A DNA stretch of 64,000 bases from an uncultured Thiotrichaceae bacterium (GCA_964522445.1 CAZFUY010000001.1:387-64386), one strand, 5' to 3'. Shown: positions 30,350 to 40,281, numbered from the stretch's first letter. The notes: generated by a model from the sequence alone, not told the origin. Made by a program: numbers and translations.

Positions 30350-31195
30350 TTAAAAATAATCATTTGAGCCAGCCAGTAATTCTTTTGCCTGTTTCTGGGC
30401 GGCGGTATTACTTAGTGTCATGCCTGGTACTCTTGGGTTTGTATTTAAAACTTCTTTAAGTAATTTGTCGTGTAGTTTTTTATCAAAAATAAGCCGTGAG
30501 TAATGGCGTGCGTACAAGACTTTTGCCATTAGATTTTTATTATTTGAAAGTAAAATAGCTTTTTCAAAGTGCTGTTTGCCTAATTCAGGTTTGCCGCCCA
30601 TGGCAGGAGGAAGTAATGAATTGAGTACACCCATATATAGATGTGCGCCTGCGTGTTGATAGTTTTCATTCAATTCTAGCACTTTGTTCATAATTAGTTT
30701 TACCTGTGCTATTTGTGCAATAGCATTCCAGTCTTCAGTATTGGCCTGTATCCAGCTGGCCCAGGTAACGCCTAAAGTGTATAGCGTATCAATGTCATCT
30801 TCATCCATATTGGAAATTATAACCTGTACCTGGCTGTATTTTTGTGATGTGATATTACAGCCTTGTTCATTGTGCAGGCACATGGCTTTGCTGGCGAGGC
30901 GTAAGGCTTTCTGGAGTAATTTTTTTTTGCGGTTTTTGTTGCTAACAAATATGCCTGCATAAGCGTTTGTTAATGATGCTGAAGTTTTAAGCATGTTTTC
31001 GTCTTCAGGGTCATCCTCTAACATGCTGTCTATAAGAATTAAGTAAGCGGGTAAACCATCTGCAATAGTTTGCATGTCATCATTGTTTAGCACAGCACTG
31101 GATAAATTCTTTGAAAATCTTTCGCTAATAGAACAGCCGCTAATAAGAATAAGCAGGACGGTTAAAAAAATGTAGCGTAGAAAATTTAAATTCAT
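30350..31195 (-). CDS. TPR-like lipoprotein, probable TRAP-associated TatT-family component
   Basis: Lipobox LISGCSIS. 281 aa helical protein directly upstream of dctPQM on the same strand, as in TPR-protein-associated TRAP (TPAT) systems. Confidence 0.45.
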   Translation of the reverse strand: MNLNFLRYIFLTVLLILISGCSISERFSKNLSSAVLNNDDMQTIADGLPAYLILIDSMLEDDPEDENMLKTSASLTNAYAGIFVSNKNRKKKLLQKALRLASKAMCLHNEQGCNITSQKYSQVQVIISNMDEDDIDTLYTLGVTWASWIQANTEDWNAIAQIAQVKLIMNKVLELNENYQHAGAHLYMGVLNSLLPPAMGGKPELGKQHFEKAILLSNNKNLMAKVLYARHYSRLIFDKKLHDKLLKEVLNTNPRVPGMTLSNTAAQKQAKELLAGSNDYF

Positions 31196-31431
31196 GTGGT
31201 CGTATATTTAAGTGATTTGTGCTGGTATTTTTAGTCTCTAGTTGTGTTGTCACGTTAACATGCTATTTATGATTTTGTGATCAGCCAAAATAAAGTTTTG
31301 TATTTTTTATTTATTTTATGCAGTGTATATTATGGTGCTCTGCATTATATATCAATTGATGTGATAATTAAGGCAACTGTCAAACTCAATGGTTTTGTTG
31401 TTCTAAAATGCTGTGTCATATCACACAGGAT

Positions 31432-31445
31432 TTGATCTTCGTCAA
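31432..31445 (+). promoter_or_regulatory. FNR/DNR/NnrR-type box (TTGAT-N4-GTCAA) about 85 bp upstream of nosZ
   Basis: tTTGATcttcGTCAAt: 9/10 match to TTGAT-N4-ATCAA. Position is compatible with a class II activator site. Confidence 0.35.
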
Positions 31446-31525
31446 TGTAATTTGACCCAGTTCAGGCACATTGTGTTATTCATATTTTTATGTAATAAAT
31501 ACAACCACACTCACTGGAGTTTACA

Positions 31526-33823
31526 ATGATAAAAACAGCCAAGAAGGCGCTGGCACTGCTGACAGGCTTAGGGGTCGGTCTATCAGTTAGCACAAGCGCA
31601 CTATCGGGCACAGCGCTTGATGATGTGATGAAGGCACGCGGCCTGACACAGAAAGATTTGCTGGCAGCAGCAAAAACCTATACACCAACTGGTGGCCGAG
31701 ATGAATATCTGGCGTTTAGTTCTGGTGGCCAGAGTGGGCATGTTATTGTTTACGGTATCCCTTCAATGCGTATTTTGAAATACATTGGGGTATTTACACC
31801 AGAGCCATGGCAGGGCTATGGTTTTGATGAAGAATCAAAGAAAGTCCTGAGACAGGGTAATATTCGGGGTAAAGAAATCAATTTTGGTGATACTCATCAT
31901 CCAGCCATTTCTGAAACCAATGGTGAATACGATGGCCGTTGGTTATTTATTAATGACAAGGCTAATCCACGAGTTGCTGTTATTGATTTGCATGACTTTG
32001 AAACCAAGCAAATTGTTGTTAATCCTGTGTTTAAATCTCAGCATGGTGGTGCATTCGTATCTGAAAATACAGAATATATTATTACTGCTGCTCAATATGC
32101 TACACCGTATGAAAATAAATATGTTCCTCTGGAGCAGTTCAATGACAAATACCGCGGTGGTATGACTTACTGGAAGTTTGACAGGAAAAAAGGTCGTATT
32201 GATGAGAAAAACTCATTTATTGTAATGGCACCACCTTACAGCCAGGATTTATCTGACTTTGGTAAAGGGCCATCACATGGCTGGTCATTCACCAACTCTT
32301 TCTGTTCAGAGCGTTATGTTGGCGGTATCGAGAAAGGTCGTCCTCCTTATGAGGCGGGCTGTTCTTCTAAAGATACTGACTTTATGCACGTTGTGAACTG
32401 GGAAAAAGCAGCAAAAGTTGTTAAAGCGGGTAAATTCAAGACTATTAATGGCGCTAAGGTCATCACTATCAAAACAGCCATTAAAGAAGGTCTGTTATAT
32501 CTGATTCCAGAGCCAAAGAGTCCTCATGGCTCAGATGTAACACCTGATGGTAAATACATTATTGTATCCGGTAAGCTGGACAGCCATACCACGGTATATA
32601 GTTTTGACAAAATTATGAAAGCCATCAAGAACAAGAAGTTCGAAGGCAAAGATCCCTATGGTATCCCAATTATCTCAATGAAAGATACTGTGCATAAACA
32701 GGTTGAGCTAGGCTTAGGTCCATTGCACACCCAGTTTGATTCTAGAAAATGTATTGCTTATACATCTTTATATGTAGATTCAATGGTTGGTAAGTGGGAT
32801 TACTGTAAAGGTAAACTACTGGATAAAATTTCTATCCACTATAACATTGGTCACCTGATGACAATGGAAGGTGATAGTAAGTCTCCTGATGGAAAATATC
32901 TGGTTGCTTTAAACAAGCTGGCAATTGACCGATTTAACCCTGTTGGCCCATTGCATCCGCAGAATCATCAGTTGATTGATATCAGCGGTGACAAAATGCA
33001 GCTGTTATACGATATGCCAATTCCACTGGGTGAACCTCACTATGTTGTTGCAATTAAAGCTGACAAGCTGAAACCTCACAATCGTTATAAGTCAGGTTGG
33101 AACAGCCGTGAAGACAAGCGCTCACCATTTAAAACACGTGCGGGTCGTGAAAAGACTGTGCATACACCAGGAAAAGTGGAAGTGTTTGGTACAACTATTC
33201 GCTCACACATCACGCCTGAAACTATTGAGGCAGAAGTGGGTGATGAAGTTATTATTCACTTAACCAACCTTGAACGTGCGGAAGATGAAGTGCATGGCTT
33301 TGCAGTGTATGGTCAGAATGTACAGTTGTCACTGGAGCCAGGTAAGACTGCAACGGCTCGCTTTATAGTGGATAAAGAGGGTGTTTTCCCTTACTACTGC
33401 ACAGAGTTCTGCTCAGCATTGCATTTAGAAATGCAGGGCTATCTGTTAGTTAAGCCTAAAGGTTATAAAGGTAAGAAGGGTAAGATTCAGGAAGGTGTGA
33501 AGTATACCGAGGCTGATTATAACAAGCAGGTTAAGACCAATATTCAAACCCAGGCAATAATTGATTCAGTTGTTAAGTTTATCACTAGCCATAACTACAC
33601 AGATTTCAAAATTGTAGTAGCGCTGGTAGAAGATGCAACCGATCAGTTAGGTTTTGCAGAAGAAGCGAAGAAAAAATCTGAAGCAGCCGCTGCCAAAAAA
33701 GATTGGCAAAATGCCATGTTATGGGCTAACCAGTGGTGGCAGTATCAGGTTAAGACTGCAGACATGGGTTTACGCGCCAAGACTTATCTAGAACAGAATG
33801 GTGCTAAGAAAATTAAGAAGTAG
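31526..33823 (+). CDS. nosZ: Nitrous-oxide reductase NosZ, Sec-dependent (clade II-like), with a C-terminal extension of about 120 aa
   Basis: GDTHHPAISETNG (CuZ His pair), DKANPRVAVIDL, CuA motif YYCTEFCSALHLEMQG at residues 624-637. Signal peptide without twin-arginine. 765 aa. Confidence 0.9.
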   Translation: MIKTAKKALALLTGLGVGLSVSTSALSGTALDDVMKARGLTQKDLLAAAKTYTPTGGRDEYLAFSSGGQSGHVIVYGIPSMRILKYIGVFTPEPWQGYGFDEESKKVLRQGNIRGKEINFGDTHHPAISETNGEYDGRWLFINDKANPRVAVIDLHDFETKQIVVNPVFKSQHGGAFVSENTEYIITAAQYATPYENKYVPLEQFNDKYRGGMTYWKFDRKKGRIDEKNSFIVMAPPYSQDLSDFGKGPSHGWSFTNSFCSERYVGGIEKGRPPYEAGCSSKDTDFMHVVNWEKAAKVVKAGKFKTINGAKVITIKTAIKEGLLYLIPEPKSPHGSDVTPDGKYIIVSGKLDSHTTVYSFDKIMKAIKNKKFEGKDPYGIPIISMKDTVHKQVELGLGPLHTQFDSRKCIAYTSLYVDSMVGKWDYCKGKLLDKISIHYNIGHLMTMEGDSKSPDGKYLVALNKLAIDRFNPVGPLHPQNHQLIDISGDKMQLLYDMPIPLGEPHYVVAIKADKLKPHNRYKSGWNSREDKRSPFKTRAGREKTVHTPGKVEVFGTTIRSHITPETIEAEVGDEVIIHLTNLERAEDEVHGFAVYGQNVQLSLEPGKTATARFIVDKEGVFPYYCTEFCSALHLEMQGYLLVKPKGYKGKKGKIQEGVKYTEADYNKQVKTNIQTQAIIDSVVKFITSHNYTDFKIVVALVEDATDQLGFAEEAKKKSEAAAAKKDWQNAMLWANQWWQYQVKTADMGLRAKTYLEQNGAKKIKK

Positions 33824-33844
33824 GCTTATAAATAAGTCGTAAAA

Positions 33845-33875
33845 CGGGGGAGCATTTTGCTCCCCCATTTTTGTT
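33845..33875 (+). terminator. Rho-independent terminator directly after nosZ
   Basis: acgggggagcattttgctcccccatttttg. Confidence 0.55.
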
Positions 33876-33944
33876 TTATAAAAACTAAATAGCTTGATTC
33901 CTGTGTGGGTAAATAATACGGCTCAAGTTCCGGAGATTAAAGTA

Positions 33945-34271
33945 ATGAAGAATAAAGTATTAACAATCGTTTCAGCACTATTATTATCAATGGCAGTTAA
34001 CACATCTTACGCAATTGATGGTGCGGCTATATTTAAAAACCCTGCAAAAGGTGGCTGTGCTGCATGTCATGGTAAGGATGCTAAATCACCAATAATGAAT
34101 AACTATCCAAAACTTGCGGGTCAAAATGAAGCGTATATTTTTCAGCAGTTAAAGGATATTAAAAGTGGCAAACGTAATAATGGTATGACGGCTGCAATGA
34201 AAGGCATAATGCATATGGTAAATGAAGACGAGATGAAAGCGATAGCAAAATATCTGTCATCATTAAAATAG
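33945..34271 (+). CDS. Monoheme class I c-type cytochrome (NosC-like electron donor candidate)
   Basis: Signal peptide MKNKVLTIVSALLLSMAVNTSYA. Single CAACHG motif and a distal Met region (MTAAMKGIM). GGAG RBS. The ORF-track N-extension to 33894 is probably spurious. Confidence 0.75.
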   Translation: MKNKVLTIVSALLLSMAVNTSYAIDGAAIFKNPAKGGCAACHGKDAKSPIMNNYPKLAGQNEAYIFQQLKDIKSGKRNNGMTAAMKGIMHMVNEDEMKAIAKYLSSLK

Positions 34272-34428
34272 CGGTTTTTATAAAAAATTTTGAGCAATTA
34301 TTTTTTTGATAGACATCAAGGTAATTACTTAGTCAAATTGAAAAAATAACCATAACCATAACAATAACATTAAGATTAAATAAGAGAGCCGGATAAACAT
34401 GTCCGGCTCTCTTGTCAGGAGAATATAC

Positions 34429-35154
34429 ATGACAGCAAGTAAAAAACTGATATCAACATTTTCTGCCATTTTTGTGGCAATGAGCTTCAGCGTGTCAGCA
34501 CAGGCTGCGGGCTGGAATGTCGATGGTGGCGAAAAAGATGAAGCGATGCATTTAAAAGGTAATATGGAAGACGGCCTTGATGTATTTGAGGTCTGCTCAG
34601 CATGCCACTACCCTGAAGGCTGGGGTACAAAAGATGGTACTTTTCCACAGTTAGCGGGGCAACATAAAGAAGTGTTGATCAAACAGCTGGCTGATATTCG
34701 GGCGCGAAATCGTGATAATCCAACGATGTACCCTTTTGCACTGCCTGAATCAATTGGCAGTGCTCAGGCTCTGGCCGATGTTGTTGCCTATATCGCAAAA
34801 TTGCCTATGAATCCTGATAATGGTAAAGGCAAATGGGCTAAAGGTACATCAGAACATTCGCAGGGCGAAAAATTATTTAAAGATAATTGTGTGAAGTGTC
34901 ATGGTGATCATGGTGAGGGCAAAAAGGAAAAATACTATCCCAAAATACAGGGCCAGCACTATAAATATATGCTACGTCAGTTCGAGTGGATTCGTGATGG
35001 CAAACGCCGCAATGCAAATCCAGATATGGTTAAGCAAATTAAAGACTTTACAGATAAAGACATGGAAATGGTTATAAATTACGTCTCACGTATATCTGTA
35101 CCTAAGAAAGATGTAGCGTCATCAAAAGACTGGAAAAATCCAGATTTTGATTAA
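34429..35154 (+). CDS. Diheme c-type cytochrome (cytochrome c4-like)
   Basis: Two CxxCH (CSACHYPEGWG, CVKCHGDHG). Signal peptide from the internal Met MTASKK with AGGAGA RBS. The ORF-track N-extension to 34399 is probably spurious. Confidence 0.75.
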   Translation: MTASKKLISTFSAIFVAMSFSVSAQAAGWNVDGGEKDEAMHLKGNMEDGLDVFEVCSACHYPEGWGTKDGTFPQLAGQHKEVLIKQLADIRARNRDNPTMYPFALPESIGSAQALADVVAYIAKLPMNPDNGKGKWAKGTSEHSQGEKLFKDNCVKCHGDHGEGKKEKYYPKIQGQHYKYMLRQFEWIRDGKRRNANPDMVKQIKDFTDKDMEMVINYVSRISVPKKDVASSKDWKNPDFD

Positions 35155-35212
35155 AACCATGTAAAAACTTCCTCACAGAAGGAAGCTTATGGAATAAAAT
35201 TTAACAGGGTAC

Positions 35213-35256
35213 AGACGGGGTGCATATTGTAAGATATAGCACCCCGTATTTTTTTA
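35213..35256 (+). terminator. Rho-independent terminator between the cytochrome genes and nosB
   Basis: acggggtgcatattgtaagatatagcaccccgtattttttt. Confidence 0.5.
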
Positions 35257-35278
35257 CGCCAAGCTTTTGAGGTTAAGT

Positions 35279-36274
35279 ATGAATGACACTGCTAATAACA
35301 ATAATAAACGTACACTATTAGTTGCGGGTTTAGCGGGCATTGCACTTGTATTATTAGCGATTGTTTATTTCACTCCAATCTGGTGGGTTTCACTTAAAGC
35401 ACCCAATTATCCGCCTGAAGCATTTCCTGATGGTATTCGTATTCATTTTCATTTTAATGGAGTCTTTAACGGCTGCCAGAAAGTTGAAAGCACAGAAGTT
35501 ATTGTAGAAGAGGCGCTTAATTGTGTTCATGAAATGGATACCATTAACCATTATGTTGGCATGTATCCCATTGCCAGTGGCGGACCAATTGAGCGAGTGC
35601 TTTCACAATTTCTGGTTACTTTTCTTGGTGTACTGATTGTTGCTTTTGTGATCCGAAAGAAGAAATTACGCGCAGTATTTATGAGTATTGGTTTTGGTGC
35701 AATAGCTGTCTGGATGTCTATGGCTATGTACAATGAAGGTGGTGTAATGATGCTGTCTGATGGTTATCGCGCAGCATTACAATCCTCACTTGATCTTGAT
35801 GTGGAAGACATACAGCACTGGAGTGGGCTGGAAGCTGTAACAGAAAGTTATCGTGACACATTGGGTATTTATTTTCGACAACAGGAAATTATAGGCCCAA
35901 AAGTAGCATCGCTTGAAGCATGGACCAATGGTCTTATCTACGCACTTATGGCTGTGATGTTGTTACTTATTATTGGTCCTTTTATACACAATATTTTTTA
36001 CTGGTTATTAGTTCTTGTTCCCATGATGTTACCGGTATTTTTTATTATCGATTATGCAGGGTGGTTATGGTATTTCGGTCATAACTTAAATGATATGGGT
36101 GCATTTACAGTTAAACCATTTATGCCAACTGTATTTGGGCAGGGTAAAGTGGCACAATTCTCAACCCATTCTTATCCCCATACGGGGTTTTTTATTATGA
36201 TGGCAATATCAGCTGTTTTAGCTGTTGCTGCAATTACACGTCATCGGCAAATAGAAGATGAAGGTGTTTTGTAA
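35279..36274 (+). CDS. nosB: Polytopic membrane protein at the nosB position of clade II nos clusters (putative NosB)
   Basis: About 330 aa, 5-6 predicted TM helices. Sits between the nosZ/cytochrome genes and nosD. Confidence 0.5.
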   Translation: MNDTANNNNKRTLLVAGLAGIALVLLAIVYFTPIWWVSLKAPNYPPEAFPDGIRIHFHFNGVFNGCQKVESTEVIVEEALNCVHEMDTINHYVGMYPIASGGPIERVLSQFLVTFLGVLIVAFVIRKKKLRAVFMSIGFGAIAVWMSMAMYNEGGVMMLSDGYRAALQSSLDLDVEDIQHWSGLEAVTESYRDTLGIYFRQQEIIGPKVASLEAWTNGLIYALMAVMLLLIIGPFIHNIFYWLLVLVPMMLPVFFIIDYAGWLWYFGHNLNDMGAFTVKPFMPTVFGQGKVAQFSTHSYPHTGFFIMMAISAVLAVAAITRHRQIEDEGVL

Positions 36275-36352
36275 TTCTGAACTCTATAGTGATGAGAAAT
36301 GTCATACTCGTAAACTTCAGTAAGTTATTAAGGATTTTTTAGGTAAAAGTAA

Positions 36353-37579
36353 ATGAGGCGCTTATTCTTCTTAGTGTTTAGTATCGTATTGCTCATAAAT
36401 AGCCAGCTAGTATTCGCGTCAGAATTAAAGCTGCTGCAGCCACTAATTGATGAAGCAAAAAAAGGCGACACAATTGTTTTAGAGCCAGGAATTTATAAAG
36501 GTCCAGTGACTATTGAGAAATCCATTACACTGGATGGCCAGGGTGAAGCAACAATAGATGCAGGAGGAGAAGGTTCGGTTATTTTTCTTGATACAGATGG
36601 TGCAGTGATTCGTGGCTTACGTTTAACTAATTCAGGTGAATCACACAATGACCTGGATTCTGGTGTTCAGGTTCGCGGCAATTTTAATGTTATAAAAGAT
36701 AATATTATAGATAACTGTTTATTTGGAATTGATCTACAACAGTCAGAAAATAATATTGTACGACGGAATGAAATTAGCTCTAAACCTGTTGATCTTGGTA
36801 TGCGCGGTGATGCTATTCGTTTATGGTATAGCTTTGGAAATAAAATAACTCATAATTATATTCATGATTCAAGAGATACCGTTGTCTGGTACTCAAAAAA
36901 TAATATTATTTCACATAATAAATCGACTCGTGGTCGTTACGCGTTACATTTTATGTATGCACAATATAATAAAATTGAAAACAATAAATACTGGGATAAT
37001 TCAGTCGGTATTTTCTTAATGTATTCTGATAGTGTTGAAATTAGAAACAATGAAATATCACATGCCTCTGGGCCAACGGGTGTGGCTATAGGCATGAAAG
37101 AAACATCGGATGTTATTATTGAAGGTAATAAATTACTTTATAATGCAGTAGGTGTTTATCTGGATGTTTCTCCTTTTCAGCCAGACACAGTTAATCTGAT
37201 AAACAATAATCTGGTTGCATTTAATAATATTGGCGTTCGATTTTTAAATGACTGGCCGGGTAATCATTTTAATAAAAATATTTTTAAAAGTAATATTACA
37301 TCAGTTTCCGTAAGCGATGGTGGTACAGCAAATCGAAATAAATGGGATGGTAATTACTGGGATAACTATGAAGGTTTTGATCTTAATAAAGATGGTATAG
37401 GTGATACACCGCATCGTTCATTTTCTTATGCGGATCGCTTGTGGATGGATGTGCCGTCAGCTCAGTTTTTTAAAGGCTCTCCTATGCTAGAGGTTTTAGA
37501 TTTTCTGGAAAGACTTGCTCCATTTTCGCCACCTGAAATGGTATTCCAGGATTCAACCCCCAGGATTTATGTAGATTAA
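36353..37579 (+). CDS. nosD: NosD, periplasmic right-handed beta-helix copper-processing protein
   Basis: Signal peptide. Repeated parallel-beta-helix motifs (NNIIDNCLFGIDL, NNEISHASGPTGVAIG, NNLVAFNNIGVRF). 408 aa. Followed by nosF/nosY. Confidence 0.85.
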   Translation: MRRLFFLVFSIVLLINSQLVFASELKLLQPLIDEAKKGDTIVLEPGIYKGPVTIEKSITLDGQGEATIDAGGEGSVIFLDTDGAVIRGLRLTNSGESHNDLDSGVQVRGNFNVIKDNIIDNCLFGIDLQQSENNIVRRNEISSKPVDLGMRGDAIRLWYSFGNKITHNYIHDSRDTVVWYSKNNIISHNKSTRGRYALHFMYAQYNKIENNKYWDNSVGIFLMYSDSVEIRNNEISHASGPTGVAIGMKETSDVIIEGNKLLYNAVGVYLDVSPFQPDTVNLINNNLVAFNNIGVRFLNDWPGNHFNKNIFKSNITSVSVSDGGTANRNKWDGNYWDNYEGFDLNKDGIGDTPHRSFSYADRLWMDVPSAQFFKGSPMLEVLDFLERLAPFSPPEMVFQDSTPRIYVD

Positions 37580-37581
37580 TT

Positions 37582-38424
37582 ATGAGCGATAAAGTTAATA
37601 AAAATGGAGCAGGAAAAAATAAAAAGCCACGCTTATCTCGTAAAGAGCGCGCACGTCGTGAATTTATTAGATCCGTTGTGCTGGCGGCAGGTGTCGTAGG
37701 TGTTGCAGGCGCAGGTTATTACCCAGTAGTAAAAAATAAAGCTTTGCGTTTACGTCCACCGGGCGCACTAGATGAAGATGAGTTTCTAGCAGCCTGTATT
37801 AAGTGTGGTCAATGTGTTCAGGTATGTCCTGTAGAAGCTATAAAGCTTGCAGATATTATGGATGGTTTTGGTATTGGTGTGCCTTATATTGATGCGCGTC
37901 CACAGGCCTGTGATTTTTCCTGTGATGGAATGCAATGTGTCCTCGCCTGTCCAACGGGCGCTTTAACTCATGAGTTAAATTATTCACATGAAACTCGAAT
38001 GGGGTTTGCACGATTATCTCGTCCGCATAAATGTCTGGCAGTACAGGGTAAAGGTTTTAAAGGTTTAGCCAGAGGAGCTGAATTTAAAGGTAAATTGCGT
38101 TATGACGATATTGATCGCTGGGTGCCACAATCTGTTGCAGAGCAGAACTATGATATTGAACTATGTGATCTTTGTGTTCGCCAGTGCCCTATTGAAATTC
38201 GTCGTAATCAATGTGATGCAGGCAAGCCACCATCGGGTGATAAAAATCAGTGCCCACCTAAAAAGGCAATTGAACTCATTGCAATTGATGAACAATCAGG
38301 TAGTGCAGCAATGAGGCCAGAAGTTATGGAGGGTTGTGTAGGTTGTGGCGTATGTGAAATGATTTGTCCTGTTGATCCGCCCGCTATTGTTATTGATGCA
38401 CGTAAGGAAGCACCAGTAGCATGA
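37582..38424 (+). CDS. nosG: NosG, NapG-like periplasmic 4Fe-4S ferredoxin (Tat signal)
   Basis: RLSRKERARREFIRSVVLAAGVVGVAGAG twin-arginine signal. Four Cys clusters (CIKCGQCVQVCP, CVLACP, CDLCVRQCP, CVGCGVCEMICP). Confidence 0.8.
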   Translation: MSDKVNKNGAGKNKKPRLSRKERARREFIRSVVLAAGVVGVAGAGYYPVVKNKALRLRPPGALDEDEFLAACIKCGQCVQVCPVEAIKLADIMDGFGIGVPYIDARPQACDFSCDGMQCVLACPTGALTHELNYSHETRMGFARLSRPHKCLAVQGKGFKGLARGAEFKGKLRYDDIDRWVPQSVAEQNYDIELCDLCVRQCPIEIRRNQCDAGKPPSGDKNQCPPKKAIELIAIDEQSGSAAMRPEVMEGCVGCGVCEMICPVDPPAIVIDARKEAPVA

Positions 38425-39419
38425 ATTATATAAAAGAATCATTAGCTCAGTTGTTTGGTGCAAGTCCTAAAAAACCTCTAAAGGAAGAGATTAAACCTGC
38501 GGCACAGGAAATTCATTTTTATAAAAAAGCCAATCCAGTTAGTAAAGCGTACATAGAAGAATTACATGCTGCTGGACATGGTAATAAATGGCGTAATCGT
38601 CGTTGGCTAACTCTATTATTTATAAACCTGTTATTTGTACTTTCGTATTATCTTGATATTCAACTTTTAGAAGGTGCGCTAACAGCATCACGATTTGCTG
38701 GCTTTCATATGGCTGATTTAAATTCGGCATTGCAGGTTATGCTGGCATTTAAAGAAGTGGTTTTAAACTTAATAATAGGAACAACAACAATTTTGATTAT
38801 GTGGCTATTGCTTGGTGGCCGCACATTCTGTTCCTGGGTTTGCCCTTATCATTTACTGGCAGAATGGGCAGAAGCAGTTCATCTTTGGCTGGTTAATAAA
38901 AAGATAATTGAAAATAAAACATTTCATCGTGGCATGCGAACCATTCTTTATGTTGTTTTTGCCTTACTGGCTTTTGTTACTGGCTATACAGTATTTGAAA
39001 CGATTTCACCAACAGGAATATTAAGTCGCGCATTAATCTACGGTCCTGGTTTTGCATTGATATGGGTGGGTGTGCTTTTATTATTTGAAGTATTTGTTTC
39101 GCGTCGTGCATGGTGTCGTTATGTTTGCCCTATTGGTATGACATACGGCATAGTTGGTGTGATTTCACCCATGCGCGTTACTTATCATGCAAAAGATTGT
39201 GCGCATGAAGGTGATTGCAGAAAAGTTTGTTTAGTGCCGCATGTTTTAGAACCAACGATTAAAGGCAGAGCCAGAGATCATCGTATTGATCTGGGTGCAG
39301 ATTGTACACGCTGTGGTTTATGTATAGATCTTTGCCCAACAGATTCACTAAGATTTGAATTTAAAATGCCAGGTCAGAAAAATATAGATCATAAAAATCA
39401 GGTAAGTAATCATGATTGA
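38421..39419 (+). CDS. nosH: NosH, NapH-like membrane-bound ferredoxin
   Basis: ATGA overlap with nosG. Four TM helices and two C-terminal Fe-S Cys motifs (CRKVCLVPH, CTRCGLCIDLCP). CxxC..CP in a TM loop (CSWVCPY, CRYVCPIG). Confidence 0.75.
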   Translation: MNYIKESLAQLFGASPKKPLKEEIKPAAQEIHFYKKANPVSKAYIEELHAAGHGNKWRNRRWLTLLFINLLFVLSYYLDIQLLEGALTASRFAGFHMADLNSALQVMLAFKEVVLNLIIGTTTILIMWLLLGGRTFCSWVCPYHLLAEWAEAVHLWLVNKKIIENKTFHRGMRTILYVVFALLAFVTGYTVFETISPTGILSRALIYGPGFALIWVGVLLLFEVFVSRRAWCRYVCPIGMTYGIVGVISPMRVTYHAKDCAHEGDCRKVCLVPHVLEPTIKGRARDHRIDLGADCTRCGLCIDLCPTDSLRFEFKMPGQKNIDHKNQVSNHD

Positions 39420-40281
39420 GTTTCAGCAGGTCAGTAAACAATTTAAAAAAGTATCCGTATTAAAGAAAATTAATTTGAATCTTGATGCAGGTAATCGTGT
39501 TGCGCTTGTCGGCTCAAATGGTGCAGGTAAAACAACATTAATAAGATGCCTGTTGGGAGAATATAATTATGATGGAGCTGTTTTAGTTGATGGATTAAAT
39601 CCACGTGATAATCGTCAACTGGTTTTAAAACGTATCGGTTTTGTACCGCAATTGCCACCACCTTTAAAAATGCCTGTGGGTCAGTTAATAAATTTCTCAG
39701 CCAGTGTTTGTGATGCAGATGCAGACAGAATGAAACATGTTGCAAAACGACTGGGGCTGGATGTTGAACAAATAATTAATCGTCCTTTTGTTAAATTATC
39801 GGGTGGTCAGAAACAGAAATTACTTATTAGTATTGCGCTGGGTCGTGATACAGATATTTTAATTCTGGATGAACCTGCTGCTAATCTTGACCCTGAAGCA
39901 CGACATATATTCTTTCAGTTATTATCAGAAAAACCAGAACATACCATTATGTTAATTTCCAGCCATCGACTTGATGAAGTTGCATCATTAGTAAATAGAG
40001 TGATTGAAATGGATCAGGGGCAGGTGGTACTGGATGATCATGTTGAAGACCTTGTCGATTTAACCAGTAAGCTCTATTGCAGAATCGGTTTAATAAAAGC
40101 AGAACCGGCATTTTCCAAAGCGATTAGTGACTGGGGCTTTACAGAGTCAGGTGACGGAAAAATATGGCAGGGCCAGGTTGCCGGGCCAGATCGGTTACGT
40201 TTTCTTGGCGTACTATCTCGATATGCAGGCCTGCTTTCAAGCATACAGATGGATGAACAGGAGGTTGAGTATCATGCATAA
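39412..40281 (+). CDS. nosF: NosF, ABC transporter ATP-binding protein
   Basis: Walker A GSNGAGKTT, signature LSGGQKQK, Walker B ILILDEP. Confidence 0.85.
   Translation: MIEFQQVSKQFKKVSVLKKINLNLDAGNRVALVGSNGAGKTTLIRCLLGEYNYDGAVLVDGLNPRDNRQLVLKRIGFVPQLPPPLKMPVGQLINFSASVCDADADRMKHVAKRLGLDVEQIINRPFVKLSGGQKQKLLISIALGRDTDILILDEPAANLDPEARHIFFQLLSEKPEHTIMLISSHRLDEVASLVNRVIEMDQGQVVLDDHVEDLVDLTSKLYCRIGLIKAEPAFSKAISDWGFTESGDGKIWQGQVAGPDRLRFLGVLSRYAGLLSSIQMDEQEVEYHA

Noticed and set aside
40127-40273. N-terminal 49-codon extension of the ORF containing nosL, overlapping nosF in another frame
   Set aside because: The lipoprotein signal MHKILALFLLVFLTAC begins at the internal Met at 40274, which overlaps the nosF stop. 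The extension is an artefact of frame openness.
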